Source: Eledone cirrhosa (Eukaryota). From it: a stretch of DNA of 64,000 nt. Both the position numbers and the translations under genes were made by a program. Within the stretch, counting starts at the first letter, position 1. The number at the start of each line of letters is the position of its first letter. The stretch lies in NCBI GenBank assembly GCA_964016885.1, contig OZ024742.1, positions 496,001 to 560,000 on the forward strand. Reading direction: 5' to 3'. Positions 11,750-25,200 of the stretch are shown piece after piece. A model generated the notes under the pieces. It saw only the letters and a list, made by a program, of their open reading frames with translations. It did no database searches and was not told where the DNA came from.

Positions 11750-13404
11750 TAAATTAATTGACCAGGTCATGAAGGTCACAGAAAAAGTAATAGCGCAACT
11801 AATCAGAGAGCGAATTAATCTAAATGAAATGTAGTTCGGGTTTGTGTCAGGTAAAAGTACCGCAGACGCTCTTTTCATTGTACGACAACTACAGAAGTAC
11901 CTAGCTAAAAGAAAACCCCTCTACTTAGCTTTTGTAGAGCTGGAGAAAGCCTTTGACAGAGTCCCCTGCTCTATTATATGGTGGGCTCTTAGAAAACTAG
12001 GTGTAGATGAATGGCTGGTGAGAGCTACACAAGCCATGTATAAAGAAACAGCCAGCAAGGTTAGAATTAACAACGAATATAGTGAAGAGTTTAGCGTAAA
12101 AGTTGGTGTTCATCAGGGCTCCGCCCTTAGCCCCCTACTATTTATTATCGCCCACCAAGCTATAACGGAGGAGTTCAAGACCGGCTGCCCATGGGAACTT
12201 CTATACGCAGATGATCTAATGCTCATAGCGGAATCAATGGCTGAACAAAAGAAGAAATTCCAAACATGGAAGCATGGCCTAGAATCAAAAGGCCTTAAAG
12301 TTAACTTGTCTAAGACTAAAGTCCTAATATGTAGGAAGGAGAATAGGGCACTGGTCCCATCTGGGAAATGGCCATGCTCAGTCTGTAGGAAAGGGGTAGG
12401 CAGAAACTCCATTTTATGTCCCAAATGCAAAGTATGGGTGCATAAAAGATGTAGTGGGATCACAGGTAAGCTAACTAAGAATATAGATTTTATATGTGAC
12501 CGGTGCTCTGGTGCAATAGGTAGCAGCAAATGCCCACAGAATACTAGATCATTCCATTGCTCAGATGGTTCTATAGAAATAGTGGACACCTTCCGTTACC
12601 TGGGTGACAAAATCAGCAGGGGTGGAGGGTGCTGCGAAAATACTGTAGCTAGAGTCCGAACGGGATGGAAAAAGTTCAGAGAGCTTATACCACTATTGGC
12701 CGCTAAAGGTTTCTCTCTAAAAATAAAAGGCAGGCTGTATGATGCCTGCATACGAACAGCCATGTTACATGGCAGTGAGACATGGGCCTTGTGTGCACAG
12801 GATCTATGCAGACTGGAGAGGTACGAAGCTTGCATGCTCCATTGGATGTGTAATAGTAATATACGCGAATGGCAAAGCATAAATGAACTAAGTGAGAAAT
12901 TAGGAATAAGAGGGATCAGATGCTGTTTACTCGAGAGAAGACGACAGCTGTATAAAAACGTGCAGGGCGATAAAAATAGACGGTAGCTACAGAGTAGGCA
13001 GACCTAGAAAAACCTGGGATGACTTGATAAATTCTGACCTCACACACTTACAGCTCTCCAAGACAATGTCAGTGGACCGAGATCTTTGGCGCTACGTAGT
13101 AATACAGAAGACTCGCCTTGCCTAAGTACAAAGCGAAACCTACAGTCAGCAGACACCTCTTAACCAAAATACACCCCCGTCCCACTACTGCCATCTACAC
13201 CACCCCTTTCGATGTAAAGCTATGTTGGTACCACAACACCCAGTCCTAAATAAATGAGGTTGTGTAGGTGTCACGACAAAACACAGTCTACGCTGTAATG
13301 TGGCCGTGTAGGTAACATAGTACAAACCTCCCAGTCCATACTGTAAACTCCCGTCCAAACCCATGCAAGTGTGGAATATGGATGTTAAACGATGATGATG
13401 ATGA
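11750..13404 (+). mobile_element. RTE-clade LINE, second subfamily; 5' truncated and degenerate
   Basis: GKSTADALF..LAFVELEKAFDRVP..GVHQGSALSPLLF..LLYADDL..PHD-like CSVC/CPKC/HKRC/CDRC..YLG..LHGSETW. In-frame stop near 11832, disruption near 12950, 3' UTR ending GATGTTAAAC(GAT)n. Confidence 0.92.
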
Positions 13405-13440
<36 letters not shown>

Positions 13441-13453
13441 TATACACACATAT

Positions 13454-13530
<77 letters not shown>

Positions 13531-13740
13531 CACATATACACACATATACATATACACACATATACACACACATATATATATATACATATATATATATATA
13601 CACATATACATATATATACATATATATACACATTTACATATACATATATATACATATATATACACATTTACATATACACATATATACACATACACATATA
13701 TACATATACACATATATACACACATACACACACCCACATA
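13405..13740. repeat. Compound (TA)/(CA) microsatellite
   Basis: Direct reading. Confidence 0.95.
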
Positions 13741-13890
13741 ACTTAAAGAGAATGTTCTCTAACTTGAAATAAAATCAAAACTTCCATTACATTAGCTGCC
13801 ATAGTTATCTGAATGTCAGGTAAGACTTGTGCTGATATCTTTAATCTTGATTACATTAGACAGGTGTAACAGTGAAACTGTAAGACATAG

Positions 13891-14040
13891 TTGTGGGGTA
13901 GGGGTAGTGGGGTAGTGTGGGGTAGTGGGGTAGTTTGGGTGGTTTGGGGTAGGGTTAGTGTGGGGTAGTGTGGGGTGGTTTGGGGGTAGTTAGAGGGTGA
14001 AGGTAGTGTGGGGGTAGTGTGTGGGGTAGTTAGAGGGTGA
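13891..14040 (+). repeat. G-rich low-complexity repeat (GTGGGGTA-like)
   Basis: Many G3-G5 runs with short spacers. Confidence 0.85.
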
Positions 14041-14829
14041 GATGGAGAAAGTAATATGAGAGAGGGCAACAGTGAGGTAGTGGTGGGGGAGGTGTAATGA
14101 AGCTGAAGAGACTTTGGGTATGTGGTGAAAGTTGAGGATTGAAGAAAAGCAAGGATTCCTATTATGTTTTACTGGTTTCAGTCATTGATTGCGGCCATGC
14201 TGGGGCACCACCTTCATTTAGTCGATCATAACCCCAGTACTTATTTTTTCAAGTCTAATGCTTATTTTATCCATTTTTTTTGTTGTCAGACCTCTAAGTT
14301 ATGGGGCTTAAACAGAGGCAGACACAAATGTAAGCTTCAGCACGGAGTCACACACACACACTCACATATATATACAACCACACACACACACACAATGGGC
14401 TACTGCAGTTTCTGTCACCCAAGTTCCAGTGATAAGGTCAACCAAAGAGAGAGACTGCCTATAATTCTGAAAATAAGGCTTTTCCAGGATTTAGTAATAC
14501 ATATAAGCTTCTCATTATCAAGCTGATCTGGAGAATCATAACAAAAGTTTCTTACATAAAATCATGATGGAAGGTGTTTGGTTAAATATAAACACTTTAA
14601 AACAAATAACTGTCTTTTGTAGAACATGTGGCTTAATACGGTTAATCGCTTCCAAGACCACTGGTCACCTATATTTTGATGCTCCAGTCCCTGGGGCTAC
14701 ACAAAGATATAATGTACCACCCAGTCTGGGAATCTCATGACCTTACTACACCTTTACTACTTGGTCAAGAGGGGGAAGGAATTTAAACAAGTGAAGCTAA
14801 ACTGTAGAGGATTGGAAACTAGGATAACA

Positions 14830-16385
14830 TTACTAATGTTACTAATACACCAGTCAATTTGGCGAGGTACTAATAGTAGAACTGATATTGTTACTAACTA
14901 GTACTAATATTGTTAGTAACACTAGTACTGATATTGTTAGTAACACTAGTATTGATATTGTTACTAAGTAGTACTGATATTGTTAGTAACACTAGAACTG
15001 ATATTGTTACTAACTAGTACTGATATTGGTAGTAACAGTAGTACTGGTATTGTTAGTAACACTAGAACTGATATTGTTACTAACTAGTACTGATATTGGT
15101 AGTAACAGTAGTACTGGTATTGTTAGTAACACTAGAACTGATATTGTTACTAACTAGTACTGATATTGGTAGTAACAGTAGTACTGGTATTGTTAGTAAC
15201 ACTAGAACTGATATTGTTACTAACTAGTACTGATATTGGTAGTAACAGTAGTACTGGTATTGTTAGTAACACTAGAACTGATATTGTTACTAACTAGTAC
15301 TGATATTGGTAGTAACAGTAGTACTGGTATTGTTAGTAACACTAGAACTGATATTGTTACTAACTAGTACTGATATTGGTAGTAACAGTAGTACTGGTAT
15401 TGTTAGTAACACTAGAACTGATATTGTTACTAACTAGTACTGATATTGGTAGTAACAGTAGTACTGGTATTGTTAGTAACACTAGAACTGATATTGTTAC
15501 TAACTAGTACTGATATTGGTAGTAACAGTAGTACTGATATTGGTAGTAACAGTAGTACTGATATTGTTACTAACTAGTACTGATATTGGTAGTAACAGTA
15601 GTACTGATATTGTTAGTAACACTAGAACTGATATTGTTACTAACTAGTACTGATATTGTTACTAACTAGTACTGATATTGGTAGTAACAGTAGTACTGGT
15701 ATTGTCAGTAATACTAGAACTGATATTGTTACTAACTAGTACTGATATTGGTAGTAACAGTAGTACTGGTATTGTCAGTAATACTAGAACTGATATTGTT
15801 ACTAACTAGTACTGATATTGGTAGTAACAGTAGTACTGGTATTGTCAGTAATACTAGAACTGATATTGTTACTAACTAGTACTGATATTGGTAGTAACAG
15901 TAGTACTGGTATTGTTAGTAACACTAGAACTGATATTGTTACTAACTAGTACTGATATTGGTAGTAACAGTAGTACTGATATTGTTACTAACTAGTACTG
16001 ATATTGGTAGTAACAGTAGTACTGGTATTGTTATTAACTAGTACTGATATTGGTAGTAACAGTAGTACTGATATTGTTACTAACTAGTACTAATATTGTT
16101 AGTAACACTAGTACTGATATTGTTAGTAACACTAGTATTGATATTGTTACTAACTAGTACTGATATTGGTAGTAACAGTAGTACTGATATTGTTAGTAAC
16201 ACTAGAGCTGATATTGTTAGTAACAGTAATACTGATATTGTTACTAACTAGTACTGGTATTGTTAGTAACATTAGTACTGATATTGGTAGTAACACTAGT
16301 ACTGATATTGTTACTAACTAGTACTAATATTGTTAGTAACACTAATACTGATATTGTGTACCAACTAACATTAGTATTGATATTG
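14830..16385. repeat. 22/24-bp minisatellite with a 70-bp (22+24+24) higher-order unit
   Basis: ACTAGAACTGATATTGTTACTA-ACTAGTACTGATATTGGTAGTAAC-AGTAGTACTGGTATTGTTAGTAAC repeats at 70-bp spacing from ~14991 to ~15540 and decays at both edges. Confidence 0.95.
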
Positions 16386-16559
16386 AAGAGAGCAGAATAA
16401 ACATTCATAAAATTCTGATGTCAGGGTTCAAAAACTTGACCTAGAATTAGTGAGGTCAGCTACACTCTTAGGAATCTGAATAATTGTAGAAAACTACATT
16501 TTAAGATCTATTACTGGGTACAGTTTCTTGTTGCCAAAACCTGTTGTTTTACTCACCCT

Positions 16560-16700
16560 TAGGAAATTGGTAGAAACGTTACATCAGAAAGTGCCTTGCA
16601 GTATTTATTTCAGCTCCTTGCAGTCTGAGTTCAAATCCTACTGAGGTCATCTTTAACTTTCATCCTTGCAGGGTTAACACAAAGTACCAGCCAAAAATGA
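16560..16700 (+). mobile_element. Degenerate SINE-like repeat (family A)
   Basis: CAGTCTGAGTTCAAATCC..GAGGT....TTTCATCCTT..AAAGTACCAG, matching the 53110-53185 copy. Confidence 0.65.
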
Positions 16701-16814
16701 TAAACTGGTACACTTGTTAGGGGGCATCAGACAAAATGTCAGTTCTTTACATTCTCAGTTGTAATCAGCTAAAATACCTGCTGGTACTCCTGGTCTTTAT
16801 ATTCTAACTTCTAA

Positions 16815-17150
16815 ATAGTTGGGACAGGGGGAGGGGGAGAAATAGTTGGAGCAGTGGTGGAATAGTTGGGGCAGAAGTGGAATAGTTGGGGCAGAGGTGG
16901 AATAGTTGGGACTGGGGTGAAATAGTTTGGGGGGGGGGGTAATTGGGGCAGGGGGTAGTTAGGATCGGGGTGGGGGTAATTGGGACAGAGGTGGGATAGT
17001 TAGGGTAGGGGTGAAATAGTTGGGGCAGGGGTGAAATAGTTGGGGCAGGGGTGAAATAGTTGGGGTGGGGGGGGATAGCTGGAACAGGAGGGATAGTTGG
17101 GGGGTAGTGGGGGGGGGGGGGGTTAGTTGGGGCAGGGGGGGAATAGTTAT
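16815..17150 (+). repeat. G-rich ~20-bp degenerate minisatellite (AATAGTTGGGGCAGGGG)
   Basis: Direct reading. Confidence 0.85.
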
Positions 17151-19203
17151 GGCATCAGTTTTGTGGTGTTTGTTCCAGCTCATTGCTTTCTGAATTAAAA
17201 AACCTGCTGTGGCTTACTTGGGTGAAGGACTTAATCTGTTGCCCAGTTCAAGGCTACCGTCTGACCCTTGGGTCCCTTTAGTGGGTTCTACTCTGTTGTA
17301 AGCACTGAAGCCAAGTCTCTGGTAATAAGGATACCTTCCCACTTATCTTGGATGTCTCAGGGGAAAGGATCATTGACACTACCCCTTCCTTCACTCATTA
17401 ACAAATAAAATATACACTTTCACTCAATATTTTGATCTGTTTGCTACTGCAGCAACACAAGCCATGATTTCTTCCTCCCATTCCCCTGACCATTCTCAGA
17501 GGCCCTGGTTGTTGCCGCTACCATTCCAACTCTGGTAAAATCATTAAAGAATTTTCAGAAAGAAACAAAACTAAGCCAAAATTCTATTGAATTTCTCTTT
17601 GTTTACAACATTGGAGCATCTACGTCTGTGTTTCAGCTTCAGATCTTCTGTTGGCCTCTACAACACGCTACACAGATTGTTTATCAACTGCCAAATATTC
17701 CCCCATTACCATTCTTCCTTTCTTTGCGCAATTTCAAGAATTTAAAGATCTGTTTTGAAACGGTTACGCCATACATACATATATATACACATATACACAC
17801 ATACACACATACATATATATATATATATATATTCTGCTGCTGGGTTCTCAAGCTTTATTGGTAAACAGCCAGACAACTATTTCAAAGTTGAAAGAAAACA
17901 TCCCAGGATTACATGAAATAAATTAACTTGTTCAGTCATTTAGAAGAGGGGAGGGGACAGATAGTATGGGGAGGGGGAGACAGGAGATGAGGGATCATGG
18001 GAGAGAGAGAGAAGGTCAGTAATATTTCATGTTTTATTTGTTTTGGTTTGTGAAGCCCTGATAAGGGACCCAGCCTTTTGTCTGTGAGGTATATTGAGGG
18101 TCTCTTAGACTGATAAAAGGGTGGAGCCCCTGCCTATCAGAAATTTAGGGGGTATCTCTATGAGAGGAGTAGGTAAATATCGTACAAGCTAAGGAATCCT
18201 CAACGCATTTCTTCAATAACTCCACCCAACTTCTTCAGGCTGAGACTAACAGGAAATGGAAATCAATATATTCTGAATAAATTACCTCGTAAAGCATGCT
18301 GTGATATAACTTATGGAGAAGAACCCAAAACAAAAGGTAGACTCACACACTCAGACATACACTCACGTGTACACATATATACAAACACTCACACAGACAT
18401 ACACACACTCACACACATACAGAGACAAACACAATATGAGAAAAAAAAACTATGGGAAATGGTAGGAAAGAGAATTAGAACTTTACAATAATAATTAATT
18501 TTTGTTTTCTGTAATAACACTAATTAGAAAGTTCTCCTAAACGAACCAAAAAATTAATCTAATAAATTGTTTTCGAAGGTATAGAGCTCGTCCATATATT
18601 AAAGACCACCGCCACCACACCACCACCGCCACCACACCATCCTACCACCACCACCACCACCACCATCATCACAACCACCACGACCACGGCCATGACTACC
18701 ATCACAACCACCACAAACCACCACCAACAACCACCACCACACTTCAAGAGTTGGATTATAAACTGTTTAGAAGTAAATGCAGATGAAGCATGACTAATTA
18801 ACTATCTAACTAATTAATTAAGATATTTGCATATAATTACAGAATATTTGAAGAGAAAAAGAGTAAAGAAGAGAATGAGGAAGATAGAAAATGTTAATAT
18901 AAATATCTACTAACATGGTGTAATTAGCAAACTGTTAATGTGAATAATTAGGCAATTATAGCAATTAATACAGCTAAAATGATGAAATAAGTAGTAAATT
19001 ATTGAGATTGACTCAACTTTACTCCACTCGGTCTACACTCAACTCAACAACTGATTAAACTCCGCTCATGGTCTACATTCCACTCTACAATGTAGGGTAT
19101 TGAGTACCCTTTAGTCTTGCACCCAGTGCACTCTGTAAAGTGGTTGGTGATAAAAAAAACAAGTGAAACAATTTAAGGTAGAGAGGATGGTTATATTGTA
19201 TTG

Positions 19204-22200
19204 CAGTCATATGGTCAGTTGCTGGTGACAGGACAGTTATATGGTCAGTGGCTGGTGACAGGACAGTTATATGGTCAGTTGCTGGTGACAGGACAGTTAT
19301 ATGGTCAGTGGCTGGTGACAGGACAGTTATATGGTCAGTTGCTGGTGACAGGACAGTTATATGGTCAGTGGCTGGTGACAGGACAGTTATATGGTCAGTG
19401 GCTGGTGACAGGACAGTTATATGGTCAGTGGCTGGTGACAGGACAGTTATATGGTCAGTTGCTGGTGACAGGACAGTTATATGGTCAGTGGCTGGTGACA
19501 GGACAGTTATATGGTCAGTGGCTGGTGACAGGACAGTTATATGGTCAGTGGCTGGTGACAGGACAGTTATATGGTCAGTTGCTGGTGACAGGACAGTTAT
19601 ATGGTCAGTGGCTGGTGACAGGACAGTTATATGATCAGTGGCTGGTGACAGGACAGTTATATGGTCAGTGGCTGGTGACAGGACAGTTATATGGTCAGTG
19701 GCTGGTGACAGGACAGTTATATGGTCAGTTGCTGGTGACAGGACAGTTATATGGTCAGTGGCTGGTGACAGGACAGTTATATGGTCAGTTGCTGGTGACA
19801 GGACAGTTATATGGTCAGTGGCTGGTGACAGGACAGTTATATGGTCAGTTGCTGGTGACAGGACAGTTATATGGTCAGTGGCTGGTGACAGGACAGTTAT
19901 ATGGTCAGTTGCTGGTGAGAGGACAGTTATATGGTCAGTTGCTGGTGAGAGGACAGTTATATGGTCAGTTGCTGGTGAGAGGACAGTTATATGGTCAGTT
20001 GCTGGTGTCAGGACAGTTATATGGTCAGTGGCTGGTGACAGGACAGTTATATGGTCAGTTGCTGGTGACAGGACAGTTATATGGTCAGTGGCTGGTGACA
20101 GGACAGTTATATGGTCAGTTGCTGGTGACAGGACAGTTATAAGGTCAGTTGCTGGTGACAGGACAGTTATAAGGTCAGTTGCTGGTGACAGGACAGTTAT
20201 AAGGTCAGTGGCTGGTGACAGAACAGTTATATGGTCAGTGGCTGGTGACAGGACAGTTATATGGTCAGTTGCTGGTGACAGGACAGTTATATGGTCAGTG
20301 GCTGGTGACAGGACAGTTATATGGTCAGTTGCTGGTGACAGGACAGTTATATGGTCAGTGGCTGGTGACAGGACAGTTATATGGTCAGTGGCTGGTGACA
20401 GGACAGTTATATGGTCAGTGGCTGGTGACAGGACAGTTATATGGTCAGTTGCTGGTGACAGGACAGTTATATGGTCAGTGGCTGGTGACAGGACAGTTAT
20501 ATGGTCAGTTGCTGGTGACAGGACAGTTATATGGTCAGTGGCTGGTGACAGGACAGTTATATGGTCAGTTGCTGGTGACAGGACAGTTATATGGTCAGTT
20601 GCTGGTGAGAGGACAGTTATATGGTCAGTTGCTGGTGAGAGGACAGTTATATGGTCAGTTGCTGGTGACAGGACAGTTATATGGTCAGTGGCTGGTGAGA
20701 GGACAGTTATATGGTCAGTTGCTGGTGACAGGACAGTTATATGGTCAGTGGCTGGTGACAGGACAGTTATATGGTCAGTTGCTGGTGACAGGACAGTTAT
20801 ATGGTCAGTGGCTGGTGACAGGACAGTTATATGGTCAGTTGCTGGTGACAGGACAGTTATATGGTCAGTGGCTGGTGACAGGACAGTTATATGGTCAGTT
20901 GCTGGTGACAGGACAGTTATATGGTCAGTGGCTGGTGACAGGACAGTTATATGGTCAGTTGCTGGTGACAGGACAGTTATATGGTCAGTTGCTGGTGAGA
21001 GGACAGTTATATGGTCAGTTGCTGGTGAGAGGACAGTTATATGGTCAGTTGCTGGTGACAGGACAGTTATATGGTCAGTGGCTGGTGAGAGGACAGTTAT
21101 ATGGTCAGTTGCTGGTGACAGGACAGTTATATGGTCAGTGGCTGGTGACAGGACAGTTATATGGTCAGTTGCTGGTGACAGGACAGTTATAAGGTCAGTT
21201 GCTGGTGACAGGACAGTTATAAGGTCAGTGGCTGGTGACAGAACAGTTATATGGTCAGTGGCTGGCGACAGGACAGTTATATGGTCAGTTGCTGGTGACA
21301 GGACAGTTATATGGTCAGTGGCTGGTGACAGGACAGTTATATGGTCAGTGGCTGGTGACAGGACAGTTATAAGGTCAGTTGATGGTGACAGGACAGTTAT
21401 ATGGTCAGTTGCTGGTGACAGGACAGTTATAAGGTCAGTTGATGGTGACAGGACAGTTATAAGGTCAGTTGCTGGTGACAGGACAGTTATATGGTCAGTT
21501 GCTGGTGACAGGACAGTTATATGGTCAGTGGCTGGTGACAGGACAGTTATATGGTCAGTTGCTGGTGACAGGACAGTTATATGGTCAGTTGCTGGTGACA
21601 GGACAGTTATATGGTCAGTGGCTGGTGACAGGACAGTTATATGGTCAGTTGCTGGTGACAGGACAGTTATATGGTCAGTGGCTGGTGACAGGACAGTTAT
21701 ATGGTCAGTTGCTGGTGACAGGACAGTTATATGGTCAGTTGCTGGTGACAGGACAGTTATATGGTCAGTGGCTGGTGACAGGACAGTTATAAGGTCAGTT
21801 GATGGTGACAGGACAGTTATATGGTCAGTTGCTGGTGACAGGACAGTTATAAGGTCAGTTGATGGTGACAGGACAGTTATAAGGTCAGTTGATGGTGACA
21901 GGACAGTTATATGGTCAGTTGCTGGTGACAGGACAGTTATATGGTCAGTTGCTGGTGACAGGACAGTTATATGGTCAGTGGCTGGTGACAGGACAGTTAT
22001 ATGGTCAGTGGCTGGTGACAGGACAGTTATATGGTCAGTTGCTGGTGACAGGACAGTTATATGGTCAGTGGCTGGTGACAGGACAGTTATATGGTCAGTG
22101 GCTGGTGACAGGACAGTTATATGGTCAGTTGCTGGTGACAGGACAGTTATATGGTCAGTTGCTGGTGACAGGACAGTTATATGGTCAGTGGCTGGTGACA

Positions 22201-25200
22201 GGACAGTTATAAGGTCAGTTGATGGTGACAGGACAGTTATAAGGTCAGTTGATGGTGACAGGACAGTTATATGGTCAGATGATGGTGACAGGACAGTTAT
22301 ATGGTCAGTTGCTGGTGACAGGACAGTTATAAGGTCAGTTGATGGTGACAGGACAGTTATATGGTCAGTTGATGGTGACAGGACAGTTATATGGTCAGTG
22401 GCTGGTGACAGGACAGTTATATGGTCAGTTGCTGGTGACAGGACAGTTATATGGTCAGTGGCTGGTGACAGGACAGTTATATGGTCAGTGGCTGGTGACA
22501 AGACAGTTATATGGTCAGTTGCTGGTGACAGGACAGTTATATGGTCAGTTGGTGGTGACAGGACAGTTATATGGTCAGTGGCTGGTGACAGGACAGTTAT
22601 ATGGTCAGTGGCTGGTGACAAGACAGTTATATGGTCAGTTGCTGGTGACAGGACAGTTATATGGTCAGTGGCTGGTGACAGGACAGTTATATGGTCAGTG
22701 GCTGGTGACAAGACAGTTATATGGTCAGTGGCTGGTGACAGGACAGTTATATGGTCAGTGGCTGGTGACAGGACAGTTATATGGTCAGTTGCTGGTGACA
22801 GGACAGTTATATGGTCAGTTGAGGGTGACAGGACAGTTATATGGTCAGTTGCTGATGACAGGACAGTTATATGGTCAGTGGCTGGTGACAGGACAGTTAT
22901 ATGGTCAGTGGCTGGTGACAGGACAGTTATATGGTCAGTGGCTGGTGACAGGACAGTTATATGGTCAGTGGCTGGTGACAGGAGAGTTATATGGTCAGTG
23001 GCTGGTGACAGGACAGTTACATGGTCAGTTGCTGGTGACAGGACAGTTATATGGTCAGTTGAGGGTGACAGGACAGTTATATGGTCAGTTGCTGGTGACA
23101 GGACAGTTATATGGTCAGTTGCTGGTGACAGGACAGTTATATGGTCAGTGGCTGGTGACAGGACAGTTATAAGGTCAGTGGCTGGTGACAGGACAGTTAT
23201 ATGGTCAGTTGATGGTGACAGGACAGTTATATGGTCAGTTGCTGATGACAGGACAGTTATATGGTCAGTTGCTGGTGACAGGACAGTTATATGGTCAGTT
23301 GAGGGTGACAGGACAGTTATATGGTCAGTTGCTGGTGACGGGACAGTTATATGGTCAGTTGCTGGTGACAGGACAGTTATATGGTCAGTGGCTGGTGACA
23401 GGACAGTTATATGGTCAGTTGCTGGTGACAGGACAGTTATATGGTCAGTTGAGGGTGACAGGACAGTTATATGGTCAGTTGCTGGTGACGGGACAGTTAT
23501 ATGGTCAGTTGATGGTGACAGGACAGTTATATGGTCAGTTGAGGGTGACAGGACAGTTATAAGGTCAGTTGAGGGTGACAGGACAGTTATATGGTCAGTT
23601 GCTGGTGACAGGACAGTTATATGGTCAGTTGCTGGTGACAGGACAGTTATATGGTCAGTGGCTGGTGACAGGACAGTTATAAGGTCAGTGGCTGGTGACA
23701 GGACAGTTATATGGTCAGTTGATGGTGACAGGACAGTTATATGGTCAGTTGCTGATGACAGGACAGTTATATGGTCAGTTGCTGGTGACAGGACAGTTAT
23801 ATGGTCAGTTGCTGGTGACAGGACAGTTATATGGTCAGTTGAGGGTGACAGGACAGTTATATGGTCAGTTGCTGGTGACGGGACAGTTATATGGTCAGTT
23901 GATGGTGACAGGACAGTTATATGGTCAGTTGAGGGTGACAGGACAGTTATATGGTCAGTTGAGGGTGACAGGACAGTTATATGGTCAGTTGCTGGTGACA
24001 GGACAGTTATATGGTCAGTTGAGGGTGACAGGACAGTTATATGGTCAGTTGCTGGTGACAGGACAGTTATATGGTCAGTTGCTGGTGACAGGACAGTTAT
24101 ATGGTCAGTTGCTGGTGACAGGACAGTTATATGGTCAGTTGCTGGTGACAGGACAGTTATAAGGTCAGTGGCTGGTGACAGGACAGTTATATGGTCAGTT
24201 GATGGTGACAGGACAGTTATATGGTCAGTTGCTGATGACAGGACAGTTATATGGTCAGTTGCTGGTGACAGGACAGTTATATGGTCAGTTGCTGGTGACA
24301 GGACAGTTATATGGTCAGTTGCTGGTGACAGGACAGTTATATGGTCAGTTGCTGGTGACAGGACAGTTATATGGTCAGTTGCTGGTGACGGGACAGTTAT
24401 ATGGTCAGTTGATGGTGACAGGACAGTTATATGGTCAGTTGCTGGTGACAGGTCAGTTATATGGTCAGTTGCTGGTGACAGGACAGTTATATGGTCAGTT
24501 GCTGGTGACAGGACAGTTATATGGTCAGTTGGTGACAGGACAGTTATATGGTCAGTTGCTGGTGACAGGACAGTTATATGGTCAGTTGATGGTAACAGGT
24601 CAGTTATATGGTCAGTTGATGGTGACAGGACATTATATGATCAGTTGATGGTGACAGGTCAGTTATATGGTCAGTTGATGGTGACAGGTCAGTTATATGG
24701 TCAGTTGATGGTGACAGGACAGTTATATGGTCAGTTGCTGGTGACAGGTCAGTTATATGGTCAGTTGGTGACAGGACAGTTATATGGTCAGAGGCTGGTG
24801 ACAGGACAGTTATATGGTCAGTTGGTGACAGGACAGTTATATGGTCAGTTGATGGTGACAGGACAGTTATATGGTCAGTTGCTGGTGACAGGACAGTTAT
24901 ATGGTCAGAGGCTGATGACAGGACAGTTATATGGTCAGTGGCTGGTGACACGACAGTTATATGGTCAGTTGCTGGTGACAGGACAGTTATATGGTCAGTT
25001 GCTGGTGACAGGACAGTTATATGGTCAGTTGCTGGTGACAGGACAGTCATATGGTCAGTTTCTGGTGACAGGACAGTTATATGGACAGTTGCTGGTGACA
25101 GGACAGTTATATGGTCAGTTGCTGGTGACAGGACAGTTATATGGTCAGAGGCTGATGACAGGACAGTTATATGGTCAGTTTCTGGTGACACGACAGTTAC

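Noticed and set aside
9116-13772. YI/HT/CV-rich ORFs and ORFs antisense to the LINEs
   Set aside because: Dinucleotide microsatellite translations or shadow frames of RT genes.
17200-17770. Unique-looking higher-complexity segment
   Set aside because: No sustained ORF or recognisable motif; it may be a decayed TE or UTR and cannot be called without a search.
18195-18250. Minus-strand CTGAAGA...GAAATGCGTT hammerhead-like string
   Set aside because: No convincing stem II, and stem I is not adjacent to the core.
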